A stretch of DNA of 64,000 nucleotides from assembly GCA_964019335.1 (NCBI GenBank), contig OZ025704.1:450622-514621 (forward strand). Reading direction: 5' to 3'. The position numbers were made by a program, and so were the translations under genes. Origin of the DNA: Diplonema japonicum (lineage: Eukaryota; Protista; Euglenozoa: Diplonemea). The first letter of the stretch is position 1. Each line of letters begins with the position of its first letter. The notes under the pieces are model-generated. The model saw only the letters and a list, made by a program, of their open reading frames with translations. It was not told where the DNA came from and ran no database searches. This document shows positions 56,480 to 64,000 of the stretch, piece by piece.

Positions 56480-56888
56480 ATGGCTGACTCTTCTTGGGTG
56501 CCCTATGAAGACACGACGAAGAAGCTGCGATGTGCCGTGCGAGCCAGGTGGTTCATAGCATATCCCCTTCAGCGGCCCACAGCGTTGTTTGGGGCAACGA
56601 TAGGAGAGATAGGTCTGGGTGTCTTACTCATGGCGTTGTTGGTGGTGGAAGCGGTGGGGTGGGAAACTTCAAGAAGTGGGCTTCTGGCACAAGGACCGCT
56701 GATACTAGCCTTCATGACTGCGGCCAAGTACTCCCCTTTCACGTGCTTTCTGGGGATACCCTTTGAGCGAAGAATGTCGTTCCACAAGATGTGTGCTTAT
56801 GTGTCAATCATCACTGGGGTGCTGCACGGCATCATCGCCTTCGTTCAGAAGGAGGCCACCGACACCAAATACTCCAGGTTCCTCTGGA
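56480..56888 (+). pseudogene. Ferric reductase/NOX-type transmembrane domain gene, truncated by transposon sequence
   Basis: SG..AQ.PL...TA.K.S....LGIPFERRMSFHK......GVLHG with two heme His. The frame runs into repeat sequence before the remaining TMs and FAD/NAD domains. Confidence 0.7.
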
Positions 56889-56961
56889 CGGGTTGTGTCC
56901 CGTGAGTCCCGTCCAGGCCCGTATTCCGTTTTAGGGGACGGGACGGGACTGACCAACACTG
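56889..56961 (-). mobile_element. hAT-like DNA transposon end with subterminal (TCCCG) repeats
   Basis: Reverse complement begins CAGTGTTGGTCAGTCCCGTCCCGTCCC. GTCCCGT/ACGGGAC motifs occur in both orientations. Confidence 0.5.
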
Positions 56962-57314
56962 CCTGACCCAGGAGAATTACAGGTCTGAAACGGTTAAAGG
57001 TTTCAAAACTGCATTTAAGGCCTTAAATAAGGCTCTATTTTGGGTTTTAATGGCTGGAATGGGCTCAGATCGTCAAAATAGGGTTTTTGGAAAAAAAGAA
57101 TTTGAGCATGGTCTTGGTATGTTTTGCCAGAAATATGGGTTTTGGATCGATCAAACCGATCCGAAATTAGAAAAAAACCGATCATAAACCGATCAAACCG
57201 ATCCGAAATTAAAAAAAAAACCGATCATTAACCCGACTGTGATCGAAAATCTAAAATTGCTCGGGTCGGGTTTCAAAACCCGAAGGTGATCGGTTTTCTT
57301 TGTAGTTTTCCCTA
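56962..57314 (-). mobile_element. Second hAT-like transposon end with AAACCGATC subterminal repeats
   Basis: Several AAACCGATC(CGAAATT) copies at 57146-57230, an inverted GATCGGTTT, and a terminus reading TAGGGAAAAC on the - strand. Confidence 0.5.
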
Positions 57315-57965
57315 TTTAACTACCTCTCAATTATACTCGCTGTCATCAACCCCCTCCATCTGAAGGGGGATGGGGTTTTTCTTTTTTTTTTTTAAAAAGG
57401 GGGACTTGAGAAAATAAATAAAAAGGGGGACTTGAGAATGTTTTTTTTTTTTTTTTTTTTTTTTTTTTTCAAAAGACACACAAGGCACGATAAACCTTAA
57501 GAGAAAATAAAAATATTCCAAAACAGACAATCAAGTTCCAACCTGGGAGGAAGGCATGGGTTTCTCTTTTTCTTTATGGGAGGGAGAGGGGAAGAAGAAG
57601 AAGCAACTCCAAATGATAAAAATTCAAAAATAAAAATCTCAAAAAAGGCTTAAAAGAAGAAGAGGCAAATTCAAAAACATACTAGGGAGGAATGAGTGGG
57701 GCAGGGGGTAAAATTTAGGAGGGGGAAAGAGGGAGAATCAAAAAAGGGGAAAGGGGCAGAGTGACCAATGTCCATGCGAAAAAGCATAGAGCATTTGGAC
57801 CGGCTTTGGACACGCTGGTTTGTTCACAGTAACATCGGTGGTCGACCCGTGCGTATGGTCTACGCGTGAGCGCTTTCAACCCCAATAAAGAAGCCTAATC
57901 ACAGGGCACCATTACCACCGTTCATAGAGTGCAGGTCTTGACGTCATTATTTTTGATAGTTTTGC

Positions 57966-58000
<35 letters not shown>

Positions 58001-58021
58001 CCCCTTTCATAGTGTCCAGGG

Positions 58022-58052
<31 letters not shown>

Positions 58053-58662
58053 AAAAGAAAGAGAGAAAGAAGAGAGGGAGAGAGACAGGGTGAGTATGCT
58101 TTCGTTAAAGCGCTCCCCCATACATGCATTTTATTTTTATTTTTACTTTTATTTTTATTTTTTTTTTATTTATTCCTTGTTTTCCCTTAACAATGTTTTG
58201 GTCAAAACGTTCTTTAGGGAAGGGAAAAAAAAAAAAAAAAAAAAAAAAAAAAGGAAAAGAAAGAGAAGAAAGCAATTGATTGTCTGCTTCTCTTCTCCCT
58301 CTCTATTTTTACTTTTATTTTTATTTATTTTATTTTATTCAAAGGGTGCCCCAACCGGCTTCCTTTAAATCATCGAGCTTATTTTCATTTTTATTTTTAA
58401 TTTTAGTTTAAATTGTGTTTTATTTTTAGTTTTATTTTTAATTTTTTTTTTCTTTGTTGTTTCTTTTTCTTATTTTTCTTTCTATCTTAAAATTTTTAAT
58501 CTTCCTAGTTTAAAAGTTTAAAAGAAAGAAAATGATAAAGATTGTTTGATATGGGTTCTAGGTGTTTAAAAAAAAAAAACTATTTTTCTTTTTTCTTTTT
58601 CCCCCCTCCATCTCTTCCTCTCAAGTTTTGACCTCCCTCCCCCCCAACTTTCTTGAACCTTG

Positions 58663-58701
58663 AACCAACGATTCTAAAGCTACAGTTTCTGTACTTTATT
58701 G
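58663..58701 (+). ncRNA. SL: Complete 39-nt spliced-leader (mini-exon) sequence, not followed by the SL intron
   Basis: AACCAACGATTCTAAAGCTACAGTTTCTGTACTTTATTG has the length and conserved 3' half (ACAGTTTCTGTACTwTATTG) of kinetoplastid/diplonemid SLs, with a diplonemid-type AACCAACG start. It is followed by GATCC, not GT. Confidence 0.92.
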
Positions 58702-58750
58702 GATCCCCTCCCCCCCAACACACACTATAAAACAAAAAAAAAAAAAAAAA

Positions 58751-60457
58751 ATGGATCCAAGACGACTCGCAGGAGGAGGTGACCGCAGCCGCAGCCGCAG
58801 CCCGCAGGAGCAAGCCCGCAGCCCACAGCACACGGCGCCGAGACCCACCCAACCAGGCAATCTGGTTGGGCAGTATGAATCCCCACCCCCTAGATCCCCC
58901 CACCCCCCTTTAGAAAAAAAAAATAATAAAATAAAAAAATCACTAGCAGAGACCGCGGTTTTGACCGCCGCTGCTACAGCCACGGCCGCCCCAGCCGCCC
59001 TGAACGCCACAGCCGACCCTGCCGCCCTGATCGCCGCAACTGAGACCACCGCAGCCGCCCCTGCCACAGCCACGACCGCCGCGACCACGACCCCTGCAGC
59101 CGACCCTGCTATTGTTGAAGAGGGAAGAAAAGAGGGAGAAAAAAAGGGGTGGGTACTGGTGTATGGTGAACACCCTCCCGGGTTGAGGACGGGCCCGGCC
59201 CCTGCCTTCCCGAAAGCCCTGCTTTCAGGAAAGTGGGAGGCCCTGTCTGGGAACTCAGGGAGGGAGACCCTCCAATACGGGTACCGGTGGGAGGGGACGA
59301 ACGCCAAGGTGCGCCCCACCACGGGGATCCCAGGGGGGGCGGAGGGGTGGGTGAGGGAGGTGGCCGCCGCCGCAGGGCTCGAGGTGGTCCCCAACCAGGT
59401 ACTTGTCAACAAGTACAAGTCTGGTTGTGGGATTGCCGCCCACAAGGACGACGCGAGGCTGGGACCGATTGTCCTAGTCCTCTCGTACAGAGCCGAGACC
59501 ACAATGGTCATGAGGAGGGGGGACAGGGTGGCGAAATACCTGGTGCCCCCCTTCTCATGGGCATTGTTGGAAGGTGAAGCGAGACACCAGTGGACGCACC
59601 ACATCCCGTCCGGGATGTCCACTGGTGTCAGGGTGTCGATCACCCTGCGTGCGGTAGGCCCCAAGCTCACCCGCACACCCCAGGAAGACCCATCCCCTGG
59701 GTTAACAGACGAACCCCCTTTTTTAGATCCCCTTTTTTGTGGGCAAGGGGGGGTGGCACTCCCAAGAGAGGATAGTGCCCCACCCGCCCCCTTTTTTTTT
59801 TTAGAACCCTCTTCGGAGGAAAACAGACCCTCTTCGGAGGAAAATAGAGAGAAAGGGGAAGAGGTGGCACTCCCGAGAGAGGGTGGTGCTCCTCCCCCCC
59901 ATTTGTCCCCCCCTTTTTCGTTTTTAGAGCCCTCTCCAGAGGAACCCTCCACGGAGGTAAAAAACAGACCCTCTTCGGAGGAAAACAGAGAGAGAGGGGA
60001 AGAGGTGGCACTCCCGAGAGAGGGTAGTGTTCCTCCCCCCCATTCGTCCCCCCCTTTTTCTTTTATAGAGCCCTCTCCAGAGGGACCCTCCACGGAGGTG
60101 AAAAACAGACCCTCTTCGGAGGAAAAAAAGGCAGAGGGAGAGACAGCACACCCGAGAGAAGGTAGTGCCCCTCCCTCTCTGCCCCCCATTTTTTCTGGAC
60201 CCTCTACGGAGGTGTACACCCTGGTCCCCAAGGGCCGGGGGCTTTTTTTGAGGGTGGAAGGGAAAGAAAAAAAAAAAAACAAACAAGGAGGAACCTTTTT
60301 TCTTTTCAAACAACCAGGGGGACCCAGCACCCACCCCCACCGCCCGCCAAGGTGTGGTTGGGGCGGAGGCTGCGAGCGACGTGAGAGCACCACTGCACAC
60401 CCTTGTGAGAAGACAGAAAAGAGCCCCCTGGATTGCCATGGGTGGCAGGGAACCTAA
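58751..60457 (+). CDS. Retroelement ORF1: A/T/P-rich linker + AlkB-type 2OG-Fe(II) dioxygenase + tandem repeats
   Basis: RETLQYGYRW, NQVLVNKY, GIAAHKD (HxD at 59441), GEARHQWTHHI (distal His), RVSITLR (2OG-binding RxSxxxR). Confidence 0.85.
   Translation: MDPRRLAGGGDRSRSRSPQEQARSPQHTAPRPTQPGNLVGQYESPPPRSPHPPLEKKNNKIKKSLAETAVLTAAATATAAPAALNATADPAALIAATETTAAAPATATTAATTTPAADPAIVEEGRKEGEKKGWVLVYGEHPPGLRTGPAPAFPKALLSGKWEALSGNSGRETLQYGYRWEGTNAKVRPTTGIPGGAEGWVREVAAAAGLEVVPNQVLVNKYKSGCGIAAHKDDARLGPIVLVLSYRAETTMVMRRGDRVAKYLVPPFSWALLEGEARHQWTHHIPSGMSTGVRVSITLRAVGPKLTRTPQEDPSPGLTDEPPFLDPLFCGQGGVALPREDSAPPAPFFFLEPSSEENRPSSEENREKGEEVALPREGGAPPPHLSPPFSFLEPSPEEPSTEVKNRPSSEENRERGEEVALPREGSVPPPHSSPPFSFIEPSPEGPSTEVKNRPSSEEKKAEGETAHPREGSAPPSLPPIFSGPSTEVYTLVPKGRGLFLRVEGKEKKKNKQGGTFFLFKQPGGPSTHPHRPPRCGWGGGCERRESTTAHPCEKTEKSPLDCHGWQGT
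59752..60211 (+). repeat. About 3.5 imperfect tandem units of 111-141 nt within ORF1
   Basis: GTGGCACTCCCGAGAGAGGG...ACAGACCCTCTTCGGAGGAAAA recurs near 59752, 59864, 60004 and 60141. Confidence 0.85.
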
Positions 60458-63400
60458 GCCAGCGCCCAAGCGGAAGAAGAACAGGAGGAGGCACAGGAGC
60501 GAAACGGCCCTTCAGAGGCGTCGGGAGAAGAGGACCAAGGCGAGGGAGGGGGCGAGGGAGGCTGCCAGACAGGAGAAGAAAAGGCACCGTCGTGCGAGGA
60601 AAGAAGGGAGGAGGAGGGCCCGCAGAGAGGAACACGAGGCCGCCCTGGAACAGAAGCCAGATGACCCTGCAATGGGGCTGAAGCGGACCGAGGTGGGAAC
60701 GCCTGGAGCCCAACCCCTGGCACCCAGAATCCCGGCACCTGGGGCTGCAACCGGCACAAGGAGGCACCGCAGACGGACGGGACACAGCAAGGAAGGGGTG
60801 AGATGGGAGCACCTGGGGGCGTGGGCCTGGGTCGCCCTGGTCTCCCTCTTGCTGATCCCAGGGGTGAGGCAGGTGCTGGGGGCGGGCATCGGGATGGCCC
60901 CCTCCTTCCTGCATGCGGCAGTGTTGTGGAAGAGGCCGGGGAGCGACAGGAGGACCACCCGCAGGTCAAGGGTACAGGTGGGGCCCCGAGGGGATGAATG
61001 GTCCGCCGGGGAGCTCGCTTGGCTAGCAGTAGGGGGCACTCTGGTGGGAAGCACTTCAGTTTGGATAGGGGGGCTGATGTCGCTCTGGGCCATGTCGGAA
61101 GTGATGGTGGGGAAAGCTGGTGCTGACCCGACCCAGAGATTCGGACCGGTAAAGCTGAGGAAGACAAGACGCGGATCGAGAGGTCACTACCTGCCGGTGT
61201 ACTTGGGCCCGCCTAGAAGCTCAAGACGCAGAAAAAAGAAGGAGGACGCCAAGCAAGCGGCGAAGGAACGAGCTGAGACGGAGGATAAGCTCTTTCAGGC
61301 CGAACACCTGGACCCCTTTGCGGACTTGACGCTGGCAGGGGACGCGTTGCAAGGAGGTGGTGACACTCCCCCCATGGATTTGGATGATGAGCACACGGAG
61401 GCGCAGAAGGAGGGGGAAAAAGAAGGAACAGACAAACATCAATGCCGGATGGAAGGCTGCTCTTTCCGCACCAGTGTGGCAAGCTGTCTAGTTAAACACC
61501 TCAATGCGGTCCACCATCATTTTGTGAAACAAGAGCAGGCGAGGAACATGAAGGTGAACCTCTGTGGAACGTGTGCTGCGGCGTGCTCGTCGAACCAGAC
61601 GCACTGTGCACTACACAGGCAGCGGAATCTGTGGAACCCCGACAAACAACCCAGGGCCGGCAAGTCAGTGGACGAGATCATGAAGAGCTTCAAGCTGACG
61701 AGGAGATCGACGGAGAAGGACGGGAACTGCATGTTCCACGCCCTGGCCGGTTCGCTCGGGGAAGCCTACGGGGACCACACCCACATCAGGAGCGAGGTTG
61801 TAGAATGGATGAAACACCGGGAGGAGCACTATGCCCCGTTTTGCAGCGAGGGTTGGGACCGGTACTTGGAAGGGATGGGCACAGCGGCGACGTGGGGAGA
61901 CCACTTGTGCCTGGCAGCCGCAGCACAAGCGTTTGGCCGCACGATACTCGTGGTTGCTGGGGGGAACAACCCAGTCCTGATGATAGGGGAGTACAACTCC
62001 GACCACGAGAAGGTGGTGGTGCTGGCGTACAACGGCAACCACTACGAGTATGCAGTCGGAGAGGAGGAGTCGATGATGATGCTCCTTGATGAGTCCCAAT
62101 CGGTTGCTCTACAAAAGGCAGGTAAGCAACCCTCCGAGGCCCCGGGTGAGGACATCGGGGAGTGGGACATAATAGACCGTGCGATCCCTGGATACGGGAA
62201 GGCAGAGGTGTTGGACCAGATGGGGGCAAGGAACCAGCAATTCCTGTACTGTCCGGTGGCGAACTGCGCTAGGTCGAAGTGCAAAAGCACGACCCCGTTC
62301 AACTCGACAAGGGTATGGAAGTGTCACCTGGATGGGCACCTGGAGAGTGATGAGATCCCGGAGAGCGTTCTGAGGAGACTGGACCTCGAGAGGTGCCTGG
62401 TGTGCAGGGGCTGTGTGTGGAAGGGTCAGGGGTGCCACGACGAGTGCAAAAAGGCGGTGCGAAGGGAAGGGGAATACACGACCCCCCCGCCGGCCCCGAC
62501 GAGGACCGAGTTACCCAGCCTGGAAGCCATAGCCGCCATGAACGTCACGACCATGGGGTCGATCCCGACGAGCCTTCAAAGACTGTGGGGGCTTACCCTT
62601 AAGCACACTCTGGGCCGGGCGGTGAAGGACAACACAGAGGAGGCTTGGCTGCTGGTGGCGATGCTCCCCAAAGCCTGCCTGTGGAAGAAGAGGGGAGGGA
62701 AGAAGCGGGACAAGGAGACGGAGCTGAGTGTCCAGGCCAGATTGGAGGAGTGGGAGAAGGGAAATTACATGGCCCTCTGGAATAAGCTGGAATCAGGTGA
62801 GAAGGGGGAACCTAAGAACGACGAGGTCTCTAAGGTCGCCAGGGCCACGGAACTGTGCAGCAAAGGGAGGTTCTCGGCAGGAAACGCGGCGCTTGTAGCC
62901 CAGGGGCTGGCGGAAGACAATGAGGATTGTTGGAGAGCGCTGCAGAGCAAACATCCAGAGCCACTACACCCCCAATGGGACAACCCGGCGAAGACGAAGG
63001 AAGCGGTAGAAGTCTTGCCGGAAGAAGTGCTGGACGCAATCAGGGACTTCCCGAGGGGGACTGCTGCGGGACCGACTGGTCTGAGAGCCCAGCACATCAA
63101 GGACGCGGTGGACGGAGCTTTTGAGTCTCAAGGCTGTTTGATGTCGGTGGCGAGGGCAGTCAACGCATTAGCTAGAGGCACGGCCCCTAGGGAGGTGGCT
63201 CCGCTGATGGCAGGGGCGAACCTTGTGGCCCTCAAGAAGAACGACAGGGACGTGCGGCCCATAGCCGTTGGGGATGTGCTGCGTCGGCTGGTGGGGAAAT
63301 CCCTTGTGAAGAAGATCGCTCCGGAAGTGGCCTCTTCGTACCTGAAGAAAGGCGGCCAGGTGGGGGTATCGGTCCCTGCTGGAATGGAGGCGGCTATACA

Positions 63401-63740
63401 CACCATCAGGCAGTATGTGGACAGGGAACGGGGCAACAAGCAGGAAAACAAGGTGATCCTCAAGATCGACTACGCCAACGCCTTCAACAGTGTTTGTCGG
63501 AGACAGCTGTGCTCACAGGCCTATGAGCAAGCGTCGGGGCTGTATGCGTGGGCCGGTTGGTGCTACAGGGTGCCCTCCCAATTATACTACAACGGAAAGG
63601 TGATTAAGTCCCAGGAAGGGGTGCAACAGGGGGACCCGATGGGACCGCTGCTGTTCTCTCTGGCCATCCAACCCCTGGTGAACAAGATAAGTGAAGACTG
63701 CAACCTGGACATCCTCCAGTTCTACCTGGACGATGGCGTC
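60318..63740 (+). CDS. Retroelement ORF2 (not in the ORF track): basic region, TM-like helices, C2H2 finger, OTU protease, Cys/His fingers, reverse transcriptase
   Basis: Manual translation shows the frame open from TGA 60249-60251 to the window end, first ATG 60438. CRMEGC..HLNAVH; DGNCMFHAL..WGDHL..NGNHY (Cys 61728, His 62040); CPVANC..HLDGH; RT at about 63000-63740. Confidence 0.88.
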
Positions 63741-63785
63741 GCACTTCATGCTCCTGGGGGCGCCGATAGGATCGCCGGAGTACCA

Positions 63786-64000
63786 CAAACCTGCAAACCC
63801 GCAAACCCGCAAACCCGCAAACCCGCAAACCCGCAAACCCGCAAACCCGCAAACCCGCAAACCCGCAAACCCGCAAACCCGCAAACCCGCAAACCCGCAA
63901 ACCCGCAAACCCGCAAACCCGCAAACCCGCAAACCCGCAAACCCGCAAACCCGCAAACCCGCAAACCCGCAAACCCGCAAACCCGCAAACCCGCAAACCC
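63786..64000 (+). repeat. Perfect octamer array (CAAACCCG)n, i.e. (TTTGCGGG)n on the - strand; telomere-like or satellite
   Basis: One CAAACCTG unit, then 25 perfect units plus a partial unit to the window end. Confidence 0.95.

Larger units (their letters stand above)
58702..63785 (+). mobile_element. CRE/SLACS-clade non-LTR retrotransposon with AlkB, OTU and Zn-finger modules; 3'-truncated
   Basis: Abuts the SL exon. RT motifs typical of the CRE clade: AAGPTGLRAQH, LVALKK..DVRPIAVGDVLRRL, KIDYANAFNSV, GVQQGDPMGPLLF, FYLDDG, LLGAPIG. Confidence 0.9.

Noticed and set aside
57146-57230. CRISPR-like array (also the repeats at 12400 and 59752)
   Set aside because: No unique spacers of regular length and no cas genes. 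Eukaryotic context; explained as transposon subterminal or coding repeats.
57790-57945. 5S rRNA or U3 snoRNA on the - strand (GACCATAC; AAGACC..ACTCT..GAAC)
   Set aside because: Only short seeds match. The 5S internal boxes and U3 boxes A/C'/B/C/D are not found.
59150-59660. TET/JBP thymidine hydroxylase (base J) identity for the element's dioxygenase
   Set aside because: Motif spacing (NxY..G.GI..HxD, W.H.I, RxSxTxR) is AlkB-family, not TET/JBP.
58696-60393. 565-aa antisense ORF opposite retroelement ORF1
   Set aside because: Shadow of a GC-rich repetitive coding strand. No motifs, and it runs through homopolymers.
63582-63996. Minus-strand ORFs of RVCGFAGL repeats
   Set aside because: Translation of the stop-free octamer array.

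Overview
Eukaryotic nuclear DNA, most likely from a diplonemid (Euglenozoa). This assignment rests on a 39-nt diplonemid-type spliced-leader (SL) exon at 58663-58701, about 30 tightly packed genes all on the + strand (polycistronic-style), and about 22 very small GT-AG introns, mostly 30-39 nt with GTATG donors. Bases 1-56.9 kb are a host gene cluster: coiled-coil proteins, atypical SDR, NDUFAF6-like, CAR-family GPCR, K2P channel, PNUTS-like, GPAT, EAF-like, ARF-like GTPase, VPS9, SHOCT-NYN-MIF4G, ankyrin-PDZ, GT61, MORN, a degenerate AlkB-like protein and LRR-FYVE. The spacers contain LINE 3'-end fragments and a MITE. At 56.9 kb a ferric-reductase gene is cut off by hAT-like transposon ends. 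The most interesting feature is 58.66-63.79 kb, a CRE/SLACS-clade non-LTR retrotransposon that starts exactly after a complete SL exon. It encodes an intact-looking AlkB-type 2OG-Fe(II) dioxygenase, hydrophobic TM-like helices, zinc fingers, an OTU protease and reverse transcriptase. Its RT ORF is absent from the supplied ORF track because it has no stop in the window. A host-like GT-AG intron would fuse the AlkB ORF to the RT ORF in frame. This copy is broken: there is a deletion after YLDD, and the element is then replaced by a (CAAACCCG)n array running to the window end. All domain calls are by motif recognition; no database searches were run.
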